A DNA stretch of 32,000 nt from an uncultured Gammaproteobacteria bacterium (GTDB lineage: Bacteria > Patescibacteriota > Microgenomatia > Daviesbacterales > UBA10151). The stretch is taken from contig CAYHYM010000003.1 in NCBI GenBank assembly GCA_964360965.1, positions 1-32,000 on the forward strand. Reading direction: 5' to 3'. The notes below the pieces were generated by a model, which saw nothing but the letters and a program-made list of their open reading frames with translations, was not told where the DNA came from and did not search any database. Made by a program: the position numbers and the translations under genes. This document shows positions 14,586-22,264 of this stretch, piece after piece (positions within the stretch are counted from its first letter, which is position 1; every line of letters begins with the position of its first letter).

Positions 14586-17189
14586 GTGGAAAAGGCATAT
14601 ACAAAAACCGCTGAGCAAGTTATTAAAGATCTAAAAACTGATCTTAAAGACGGGCTGACATCAGCCCAAGCCCAAAAAAGATTAGCACAATATGGCCCAA
14701 ATGTCTTAAAAGAAGAGATCGGTAAAAATCCTTTGCTGATTTTATTTTCCCAGTTCAGAAGCTTTTTGGTGATTATTTTAATAGTTGCCTCCATCATCTC
14801 ATATCTGTTGGGTCATAGCCTTGACGCCTTGATGATTTTGGCCATTGTCGCAATTAATGCTGTCTTAGGCTTTATTCAAGAATATCGGGCAGAGGAATCC
14901 ATCAAACATCTGAAAAAACTGGTCACTGCCAATGTCCAGGTGATCAGAGATGGCCGGTTAGTAGAGATTCCCCACTTTCAACTGGTACCAGGAGATTTGG
15001 TAATTGTAAGTGACGGCCAAAAAGTCCCGGCTGATTTAAGAGTAACACAATCCATCTATCTGCACCTTAATGAAGCACCACTGACCGGAGAATCAATTCC
15101 TGTCACCAAAGTAACAGACAGCTTACCCCCCAACACCAACATAGCTGATCAAAAAAATATGCTTTTTGCAGGCACCTCAGTCTCTTCTGGCAAGGGTATG
15201 GGGATAGTTGTATCAACAGCTATGAAAACAGAAATTGGCCAAATTGCCCATCTGGTATCACAAGAGGTGGAACCAGAAACCCCCCTCAAACAAAAGCTGG
15301 ATCGTTTGGGCAAACTTTTGGGCAGAATTGTTTTAATCGTCGCCTCCTTAATTGCCCTGGAACAAATAATATTGGGTGAACCAGTTATTGAAGCTCTCAT
15401 CTCATCAGTGGCCTTGGCAGTAGCAGCCATACCAGAAGGCTTGCCTGCCATTGTCACCATCTCTTTGGCTTTGGGCACCAAAAGGCTTCTTAAACAACGT
15501 GCCTTAATCAGAAATTTGCCTGCCTCAGAAACCTTAGGATCAACAGAGGTAATATGTGTAGACAAAACTGGCACCCTAACAGAAGGAGAAATGTCTGTGA
15601 GAGAGATTTACGGCGCAAATATTCAAAAAATTCTCACTGTGGGGATACTTTCAAGCAATGCCAGAAAAAATAAAGACAGAATTATTGGAGATGCCACTGA
15701 GGCAGCTTTAATACAAAAGGCCATAGATTCAGGACTGGATCAGGATCAATTGGATAAAAAATTTCCTCGAGTACAAGAAATACCCTTTTCTTCAGACAGA
15801 AAAATGATGACCACCATCTGCAAAGAGGATAATCAATACCGGGTGACCAGCAAAGGTGCAACCGAAGTCATCTTGGACAAATGTTCACATATTGAGGAGA
15901 ATGGCCAGGTTATACCATTAACTGAGGAGAAAAAAGAACAGATTTTAAAAGTTAATGACCAAATGGCCCAAGATGCCTTGAGGATTTTGGCTTTTGCCGA
16001 GAAGCGCATACACCTTGCAGGTGAAGAAAATGCAGTTACACCTGCGAGGTGGAAAGAAGAAGAGATAGAAAAAGATCTGATCTTTCTAGGCCTTCAGGGA
16101 ATGATGGATCCACCAAGGGAAGGTGTTAAAGAGGCTATTGAGGTTTGTCAAAGAAAAGCAGGAATTAAAGTAATAATGATCACCGGAGATCACCTGTTAA
16201 CTGCCCAATCCATTGCCAAAGAAATTGGTATCAAGGGGGAGAGCATCAGCGGTCAAGAGCTTGACAATCTTTCTGAAGAAGAATTTGTCAAAAAAGTTCA
16301 GGAAATTAACATCTATGCCAGGGTCAGCCCCACTCATAAAATTAGGATCATCAAGGCCCTAAAAGCCCGCGGTCATCAGGTGGCCATGACAGGTGATGGG
16401 GTCAATGATGCTCCGGCCTTAAAGGCTGCTGATACTGGGGTGGCCATGGGGGTTACGGGCACCGACGTGGCCAAAGATGCCTCAGATATAATTTTACTGG
16501 ATGATAATTTCACCACCATTGTGCAAGCCATAAAAGAAGGAAGGACAATTTTTGACAACATCAGAAAATTTGTTAATTACCTGTTATCTTCAAACATTAT
16601 GGAAATAATGGTGATATCTTTGGCTGTAATTTTGGGTGGGGGACATTTGCCGCTTTTACCTATTCATCTTTTATGGATCAATCTGGTCACTGATGGGCTG
16701 CCGGCCCTGGCTTTGGGAGTTGATCCGCCCAGAGCAGACATCATGAGTTTACCGCCCCAAAATTTTAGGCAGCAGATATTGGGTGGTAGATCTTTAGGGC
16801 CTTTAACTGCCGTCAGTGTACTTTTAACCATAGCTATCCTTGCTATTTTCTTTATCTATCAAAAAGATCCAATTTATGAACAAACCATGGTTTTTACATC
16901 CATTGTCTTTTATGAAATGTTAAGAATTATTGCCATAAGGTCTGAATATAAACTGCCGTTTTTCTCAAATAAATTCTTAATCCTTGCTATAGCTGGATCA
17001 TTAGCACTGCATCTTGTGATTCTTTATCTACCATTCTCTTTTGCAGGAGTAACATTGCAAGAATTATTTAAAGTTCAGCCGTTAAATCTTTTTGACTGGG
17101 TACTACTGCTTGGAATTGGCATCTTCCTTCTATTTATCATGAGAATCTTGGTCATTACACCTGTATTTAATTTTTTAAAAAAGCCTTGA
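14586..17189 (+). CDS. cation-transporting P-type ATPase, type II (Ca2+/PacL-like)
   Basis: 867 aa with a GTG start. N-terminal cation-ATPase domain (GLTSAQAQKRLAQYGPN), DKTGTLT, TGD, MTGDGVNDAPALK and 10-TM topology. Confidence 0.9.
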   Translation: MEKAYTKTAEQVIKDLKTDLKDGLTSAQAQKRLAQYGPNVLKEEIGKNPLLILFSQFRSFLVIILIVASIISYLLGHSLDALMILAIVAINAVLGFIQEYRAEESIKHLKKLVTANVQVIRDGRLVEIPHFQLVPGDLVIVSDGQKVPADLRVTQSIYLHLNEAPLTGESIPVTKVTDSLPPNTNIADQKNMLFAGTSVSSGKGMGIVVSTAMKTEIGQIAHLVSQEVEPETPLKQKLDRLGKLLGRIVLIVASLIALEQIILGEPVIEALISSVALAVAAIPEGLPAIVTISLALGTKRLLKQRALIRNLPASETLGSTEVICVDKTGTLTEGEMSVREIYGANIQKILTVGILSSNARKNKDRIIGDATEAALIQKAIDSGLDQDQLDKKFPRVQEIPFSSDRKMMTTICKEDNQYRVTSKGATEVILDKCSHIEENGQVIPLTEEKKEQILKVNDQMAQDALRILAFAEKRIHLAGEENAVTPARWKEEEIEKDLIFLGLQGMMDPPREGVKEAIEVCQRKAGIKVIMITGDHLLTAQSIAKEIGIKGESISGQELDNLSEEEFVKKVQEINIYARVSPTHKIRIIKALKARGHQVAMTGDGVNDAPALKAADTGVAMGVTGTDVAKDASDIILLDDNFTTIVQAIKEGRTIFDNIRKFVNYLLSSNIMEIMVISLAVILGGGHLPLLPIHLLWINLVTDGLPALALGVDPPRADIMSLPPQNFRQQILGGRSLGPLTAVSVLLTIAILAIFFIYQKDPIYEQTMVFTSIVFYEMLRIIAIRSEYKLPFFSNKFLILAIAGSLALHLVILYLPFSFAGVTLQELFKVQPLNLFDWVLLLGIGIFLLFIMRILVITPVFNFLKKP

Positions 17190-17213
17190 CAGATTTAATT
17201 AAATTTATTTATT

Positions 17214-17360
17214 ATGAAATACAATATGGCCCAAAAAAGATGTGTTAAGTGCGGCAAAGTTATCAAACTTGGGCAAAAGTATACCCATCAAGGAGAGGTT
17301 TATTGTTGTGAAAATTGTTGCAAGATCAAGAATACTCCTGGAGTTTGTGAATTTTGCTAG
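17214..17360 (+). CDS. small Cys-rich TRASH/zf-FCS-like metal-binding protein (44-48 aa)
   Basis: Below the ORF-track size cut-off. Own translation (MKYN)MAQKRCVKCGKVIKLGQKYTHQGEVYCCENCCKIKNTPGVCEFC*. The CxxCG...YCCxxC pattern resembles TRASH. An alternative start is the ATG at 17226. It lies 24 nt after the ATPase stop. Confidence 0.45.
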   Translation: MKYNMAQKRCVKCGKVIKLGQKYTHQGEVYCCENCCKIKNTPGVCEFC

Positions 17361-17572
17361 GATTTTTTAAACCATCGCCTCATTAACCCCTTGAACTTAT
17401 CATGGTCAACTATTAATTCAGAAAATACAGCAAAAGGTAATGCCACAAAAAAGGCAATCCAAAATATCCTAAAATCGATTGGTTCCCCAGTAACCAAAAA
17501 AATGGCAATTAAATCCTCTATTACCCCTAAAGCAAGTCCCACTATAAAGAATTCTAGGAATCTATTTAACAT
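17357..17572 (-). CDS. small hypothetical membrane protein (2 TM)
   Basis: 71 aa with two hydrophobic helices. Last gene of the long minus-strand array. Confidence 0.45.
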   Translation of the reverse strand: MLNRFLEFFIVGLALGVIEDLIAIFLVTGEPIDFRIFWIAFFVALPFAVFSELIVDHDKFKGLMRRWFKKS

Positions 17573-17582
17573 AATTTTAAGA

Positions 17583-18140
17583 CTAAATCACTTTAGCCAC
17601 TGATGCAATCATTAAAATTCCCACAGAGTTTGAGATATAGGATATTAAAATAAATCTTGCCTCGGACATTTTGGAAATTCCCAAAAGGGATACTCCCAGC
17701 TCATCAGGCAGTGGCGAGGCAATTATAAATACACCTATTATGGGAAGAGTCCAAGCAATATATTTTGAATGAAGTAAAGCTTTTATATGCGATGTTTCTT
17801 GCTTGCCAAAAAGTATAGCCAACTCCTCTTGCAGACGACTCCTTACCAACTTAAAAACCAGATAGTCTCCCCAAACCGCTCCCACACCACCAATCAAAGC
17901 AATTGCCATGGGATGTAAATTTTGAGTCATGATGGCAATAACTACTGTTGAGATGGCCACAGTGAATGAGGAAACAAAAAGCATCCCGGCAATTAAAGCT
18001 CCAATATATTCCAAGGATCCTAACCCTAAAAGCCAGTTTTTAAAGGCTTCATTTTGTGCCAATATTATGGCCAATAGAATACTTATTAAAACAGCAGTCA
18101 AATACGGATATCTCCACTTTTTCCAGAAATTAGGCACCAT
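17583..18140 (-). CDS. integral membrane protein, possibly DedA/VTT-like
   Basis: 185 aa with 4-5 TM helices. GAVWGDYLVFKLVR and SPLPDELG resemble VTT/DedA motifs (weak). The start overlaps the upstream gene by 11 nt. Confidence 0.5.
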   Translation of the reverse strand: MVPNFWKKWRYPYLTAVLISILLAIILAQNEAFKNWLLGLGSLEYIGALIAGMLFVSSFTVAISTVVIAIMTQNLHPMAIALIGGVGAVWGDYLVFKLVRSRLQEELAILFGKQETSHIKALLHSKYIAWTLPIIGVFIIASPLPDELGVSLLGISKMSEARFILISYISNSVGILMIASVAKVI

Positions 18141-19185
18141 GGTGTGCCTCCGCAGCCGGGCTTTGTTTTTTCCGCTTCAATAAATAATTATATGCAGCCA
18201 AGGCAGCCCTTACCCCATCACCTGCAGAAATATTATTTTGTTTATAAGGATCATTGGTGACGTCCCCACAAGCAAAAACCCCGGGATGGGAGGTGGTGGC
18301 ATGTTGAAAATTCACCATGATTTGTCCATGGTCATCAATTTGTACCAAATCTTTAACCATCTCAGAGTTAGGAACTGAGCCTATTTCCACAAATATCCCG
18401 CCCACTTCCAAAGTCTTTTCTTCTGCACTTCCACTCCCGATGTGGGATTGAGCTGACACATCGGGAGTGTGTATTCGGTATTTGAGCCCGGTTACCAATG
18501 CTTCCCCCACCACTTCCACAGTTTGGGCATTAAGAATAATTTGTCTAAGTTTGGGGTTTTTCTTGATTTCCTCAATAGTTGCCGGATCAGCTCTTAAGAT
18601 CTCACCCCTCTCCATCAGGTAAATTTCTGATGCATAGGGAAAAAGGTCCTGTACTGCCTCGAGTCCGGCATTTCCTCCACCAACAACTGCCACCTTTTTA
18701 TCGCGAAAAAGGGGAGCATCGCATGTTGAGCAATATACCACACCCCTACCTTCAAACTTATCCTCCCCTGGAATGCCTAGTTTCCTACGTCTGGCACCTG
18801 AGGCCACAATGACGGTTTTCCCCTGATATACTTGTCCTGAGCCTGTCGAAGGATCTGTAGTCACCTCAAAATCACAGATCCTCCCAGCAGACACCTCGGA
18901 TGGTGTGGACTCAGTAGACCTGCATGCAACAGATTTTACCTTCACCACCTTTTCTGTTTTTATATCAACAATATCTGGATAAGCTCTAACATGAGCTTCC
19001 AGTTTTTTAGCTAAATTGAGTCCAGAAATATGTACCTCTCCTATCCAGTTTTGAATATCATCTGAGACAATTGACTGCCCGCCAAAAGATTCTGTAATAA
19101 GGAGAGTTTTCATCTGCTTTCTTGCCGCATAAACAGCAGCAGCACAAGCTGCAGGTCCTCCACCAATGATAATTACGTCATACAT
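18130..19185 (-). CDS. trxB: FAD-dependent pyridine nucleotide-disulfide oxidoreductase, thioredoxin reductase / AhpF C-terminal-like
   Basis: 351 aa. GGGPAACAAAVYAAR FAD motif, FGGQ...IQNWIG, redox CSTCDAPLF (AhpF-like CxxCDGPLF), VVGGGNAGLEA NAD motif and GVFACGDV. It carries two in-frame repeat insertions. Confidence 0.8.
   Translation of the reverse strand: MYDVIIIGGGPAACAAAVYAARKQMKTLLITESFGGQSIVSDDIQNWIGEVHISGLNLAKKLEAHVRAYPDIVDIKTEKVVKVKSVACRSTESTPSEVSAGRICDFEVTTDPSTGSGQVYQGKTVIVASGARRRKLGIPGEDKFEGRGVVYCSTCDAPLFRDKKVAVVGGGNAGLEAVQDLFPYASEIYLMERGEILRADPATIEEIKKNPKLRQIILNAQTVEVVGEALVTGLKYRIHTPDVSAQSHIGSGSAEEKTLEVGGIFVEIGSVPNSEMVKDLVQIDDHGQIMVNFQHATTSHPGVFACGDVTNDPYKQNNISAGDGVRAALAAYNYLLKRKKQSPAAEAHHGA
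18432..18469 (+). repeat. palindromic element, 13-bp perfect stem and 12-nt loop, intragenic (copy 1)
   Basis: cactcccgatgtg-ggattgagctga-cacatcgggagtg. The arms are identical to the copy at 20519-20556. Confidence 0.85.
18834..18854 (+). repeat. CTGAGC-N4-CGAAG element, intragenic
   Basis: gtc-CTGAGC-ctgt-CGAAG-gat. It is read in frame as PSTGSGQ. Confidence 0.65.
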
Positions 19186-19187
19186 AC

Positions 19188-20147
19188 TTATACCTTAACA
19201 GGAGTAAGTGGAGGTTGTCCAGATAAAACCGCAATTATATTTTTGGCTGCCAATTCTCCCATGGCTGAACGGGCTTCTATTGTTGCAGAAGCAATATGAG
19301 GAGTTAGAATCACATTTTCTAAATCCACCATACCAGCAGCCCATTTAGGTTCTGTTTCACCCACATCTAAAGCTGATCCGGCAATGACTTTATTTTTCAA
19401 GGCTTCGACAAGCTCAGCCTCATCAACCACAGGACCACGGGAAGTATTGACCAGATAGGCCGTGGATTTCATCATCTTCAGATGCTCGGCGTTAATTAAA
19501 TGTCTTGTAGAATCAAGTAGGGGGACGTGAATTGAAACCACATCTGATGTGGAAAGTAGTTCTTCAGGTGTTGCTTTAAAGACTGCTCCCACCTTAGTTT
19601 CAAAATCCGGATTTTGTTTAACATCGTAATAGATCACATTCATACCAAAACTTTTCCCAATCTCAGCCACCCTTGAACCAATCCTGCCGAGTCCTAAAAC
19701 CCCCAAGGTTTTATCTTTAAGTTCCATCCCCAACATGACTTCCGGACCAAACTGCGCAGACTCTGTAAGAGCCAATTTATGGGCTTCAACAACTCTTCTT
19801 GAGATTGCCATTATCAGTGCAAATGTATGTTCAGCAACAGCCTCTGTTAACACATCCGGGGTGTTGGTGACCACAATACTTCGCGACAAAAGGGCGGGGA
19901 GGTCTAAATTATCTGTACCTACAGCGTAATTGGCAACTATTTTTAAATTAGCCCCAGCAGCGTTAATAAACTCCTGATCCACCTTATCAGTCAACATGCT
20001 CAACACCCCATCTGCACCCTGTATAAAATTCAAAAGTTCCTGTCTTTCCAAAGGCCGATCATGTGGTGAAACCACCACTTCATACCCAGCATCCTGCAAC
20101 ATCTTTATCCCACTGCCGGGAATTTTTCTGGTAACTACAACTTTCAT
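19188..20147 (-). CDS. D-isomer-specific 2-hydroxyacid dehydrogenase (glyoxylate/hydroxypyruvate reductase-like)
   Basis: 319 aa. NAD fold GLGRIGSRVAE, catalytic region TPHIASAT, and a strong SD (GGAGGTGG) 6 nt upstream of the ATG. Confidence 0.8.
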   Translation of the reverse strand: MKVVVTRKIPGSGIKMLQDAGYEVVVSPHDRPLERQELLNFIQGADGVLSMLTDKVDQEFINAAGANLKIVANYAVGTDNLDLPALLSRSIVVTNTPDVLTEAVAEHTFALIMAISRRVVEAHKLALTESAQFGPEVMLGMELKDKTLGVLGLGRIGSRVAEIGKSFGMNVIYYDVKQNPDFETKVGAVFKATPEELLSTSDVVSIHVPLLDSTRHLINAEHLKMMKSTAYLVNTSRGPVVDEAELVEALKNKVIAGSALDVGETEPKWAAGMVDLENVILTPHIASATIEARSAMGELAAKNIIAVLSGQPPLTPVKV

Positions 20148-20171
20148 CTTCTTCCACCTCCGAGGTGTTTT

Positions 20172-21017
20172 CTAATCCATCATAACAACTTCTGTTAAAA
20201 CTTTAAATCTTTCTGGTAAGGTTTTTGTTAAAAACTGTTGTTTTTCTTCCCCTTGCAAACTGCAAACCTCCTGCCACAGCGCCCTTCCTGCTAAAAAGCC
20301 TTTGGCCCCTGCTTTTATTGCAACTTTCAAATTTTCTTTAAAAACCTCAAAACTATCTCCTCCTGTAAGTAAAATCCATGGAGTATCACCTACCATATTG
20401 GTAATTTCCACGCATACATCCAAATCACCCGGATATTCCAACTTCCACACATCTGGAACTATCCTAACCTCCTTAAAAATTTTCACTGACTCGATCACCA
20501 ACCCTGCTTTAGTGGTCCCACTCCCGATGTGAGATTGAGTATGCACATCGGGAGTGTACGTGACAATTTCTAAAAAAAATGGGAAATCATGAATCTTACA
20601 ATCCTCTAAAACTTTCCTGGCAGTTTCCAGCTGTTTTTTTGCACTTTCTAAGTTTGGATTAAAATAAATCAAAAGTTTGGCCCCAGAAGCCCCCAGCTCT
20701 TTTAACTGCCCAACTATGTATTCCAACTCCGTAATTCTTTCTCCAGCCTGGTTAACGTATCCGCTTTTTTCTAAAGGTAATAAAAATGGTTTTGTTTGGC
20801 AAGCTTCTTTACATGCCTCTATGCCATAGTGTTCATCAATCAACAGTCCTGAAACTTGACCTGCTAAAGCATTGATAATTTCTGATTTCAGGGAAACAAC
20901 AGTCTCATCAGAAACACTATCAGCATCCTGTGGATTTATTAATTTCTTAAATGATCCCCTATGGTCCAAAGCCAACATCAAAAATTTGCCATCAGATGTA
21001 AACTTACTTAAATCCAT
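20172..21017 (-). CDS. class I aldolase of the LacD/YihT (tagatose-bisphosphate aldolase) family
   Basis: 281 aa. N-terminal FLMLALDHRGS motif and VWKLEYPG (putative Schiff-base Lys region). It carries the in-frame palindromic element. Confidence 0.65.
   Translation of the reverse strand: MDLSKFTSDGKFLMLALDHRGSFKKLINPQDADSVSDETVVSLKSEIINALAGQVSGLLIDEHYGIEACKEACQTKPFLLPLEKSGYVNQAGERITELEYIVGQLKELGASGAKLLIYFNPNLESAKKQLETARKVLEDCKIHDFPFFLEIVTYTPDVHTQSHIGSGTTKAGLVIESVKIFKEVRIVPDVWKLEYPGDLDVCVEITNMVGDTPWILLTGGDSFEVFKENLKVAIKAGAKGFLAGRALWQEVCSLQGEEKQQFLTKTLPERFKVLTEVVMMD
20519..20556 (+). repeat. palindromic element, 13-bp perfect stem and 12-nt loop, intragenic (copy 2)
   Basis: cactcccgatgtg-agattgagtatg-cacatcgggagtg. 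Confidence 0.85.
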
Positions 21018-21020
21018 AAT

Positions 21021-22004
21021 CTAAATTTCCTTGGCTATTATTTTAGAATTTTCTTTTAATTTTTCCTGCATCTTATCATAAGTTAAAAGACCTGCTTGAG
21101 GACCAATTTGTTCAACCACAGCTGCTCCATTGGCAGCTCCCCACCGCATAGCCTCTGGTAAATCTTTACCATAAAAAAGTCCTGCTAATACTCCTGTAGC
21201 ATACCCGTCTCCTGCCCCTGTCATTTCCAAAAGTTTGGCTGGAAAAATCCCCAAATGATAATATTTGCTTCCATCAAACCCATATGAACCTTCCTCACCA
21301 TCTGTAATAATAATCATTCTTGGTCCTAAATCACAAAGTCCTTTCAGCAATTTTTTAATGGCTATATCTTCCTCATCTTGATATCCTAATATTCTTTTGG
21401 CTTCCTCTTCGTTCACTATAAATAGTTCTGTTAGCAACAGCAGCTGTGGACTCTTTTTAATTCCTGCCTGAATTTGATAAGTACCGGGATTATATAGTAG
21501 CTTGCCTCCAACTCTTTGTAAATATTGTACCAGCTGGCTGATTATATTAGATTGAGTAAATGAGCGCGACACGGAGGTAAAATATACCCATTTTGTTCTA
21601 TCCAGATCTGGCAGATCATACTTCCAAGCCTGATGATAAACCAAGATTGTCCTTTCCCCCTGAAAGTTGATAACCGTTGATAAGTTGGACTCCATTCCCT
21701 TATTTATTAATACATACTGCGGACTGACTCCTTCTTGTTTAAACTTATCCAATATTTGTTTGCCAGCTGGGTCTGAACCAACGTTGACATAAATTGCGCT
21801 GTTAAGCTTAAGTCTTGCTCCACCAACTGCATTATTGGCAGCATTGCCAGCCACCAGATGTGTCAGCTTATCAACCGCAATCTTATCCCCGTAATCAATG
21901 CAAAGTTTGCAGTCTTCTTTATTTAGGCTGCACCTGACTTCTGCATCTTGAATTTGCACAAAATTATCAATAGTTGCATCACCAACTGAGATTAAATCAT
22001 ACAT
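21021..22004 (-). CDS. PfkB-family carbohydrate kinase
   Basis: 327 aa. N-terminal GDATID, AGNAANNA and the C-terminal TGAGDGYATG motif of ribokinase/PfkB kinases. Confidence 0.8.
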   Translation of the reverse strand: MYDLISVGDATIDNFVQIQDAEVRCSLNKEDCKLCIDYGDKIAVDKLTHLVAGNAANNAVGGARLKLNSAIYVNVGSDPAGKQILDKFKQEGVSPQYVLINKGMESNLSTVINFQGERTILVYHQAWKYDLPDLDRTKWVYFTSVSRSFTQSNIISQLVQYLQRVGGKLLYNPGTYQIQAGIKKSPQLLLLTELFIVNEEEAKRILGYQDEEDIAIKKLLKGLCDLGPRMIIITDGEEGSYGFDGSKYYHLGIFPAKLLEMTGAGDGYATGVLAGLFYGKDLPEAMRWGAANGAAVVEQIGPQAGLLTYDKMQEKLKENSKIIAKEI

Positions 22005-22042
22005 AAAGTTAGGGTCTAGGGTATAGCGTATAGGGTATAGTT

Positions 22043-22264
22043 TTAAAAATCAACTGGCTCTGCCTTATAGCCGGATTTTTTAATAGTCTCCAGAATCAGT
22101 TGGCCAGTTACCTTATCTGGATCAAATTCTATTTCTGTTTCTGCTTTAGCATAACTGGTCTTGACGCTCTTTACTCCTTCTACCTCCTCCAAATCCATAT
22201 CTATGGTTAGGGCGCAAGAAGTACAGTGCATATCAGTTATTTTAAATTTCTTTTTAATCATCAT
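22043..22264 (-). CDS. copZ: heavy-metal-associated (HMA) copper chaperone
   Basis: 73 aa. MHCTSCA (MxCxxC) in a ferredoxin-like HMA fold. Confidence 0.85.
   Translation of the reverse strand: MMIKKKFKITDMHCTSCALTIDMDLEEVEGVKSVKTSYAKAETEIEFDPDKVTGQLILETIKKSGYKAEPVDF

Noticed and set aside
14536-14604. N-terminal extension of ORF 13897-14604 (MYMPFPLQIKLYYISTGWYSGKW)
   Set aside because: It would overlap the divergent ATPase start at 14586 and precedes a normal Met plus anchor helix. The internal start at 14535 is more plausible, though not proven.
15149-15574. 141-aa minus-strand ORF inside the Ca-type ATPase gene. The same applies to 22589-22954, 27887-28490, 29751-30361 and similar ORFs.
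   Set aside because: They are antisense or off-frame shadows of well-supported genes, with no independent motif support.
18869-18925. Possible third insertion in the TrxR/AhpF-like gene (ACRSTESTPSEVSAGRIC), with a small ACACC-tcggat-GGTGT hairpin
   Set aside because: The extra length relative to my memory of the family is suggestive. However, no second copy or convincing match to the repeat families occurs in this window, so it cannot be supported without an alignment.
20148-20167. The 15-mer cacctccgaggtgtt, shared exactly with 10719-10733 in the lipase gene, considered as a possible dispersed repeat
   Set aside because: At 20153 it is the complement of a strong Shine-Dalgarno (GGAGGTGG) placed 6 nt before the dehydrogenase ATG. 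One exact 15-mer coincidence in a window of this size is roughly what chance allows. Not counted as a repeat family member.
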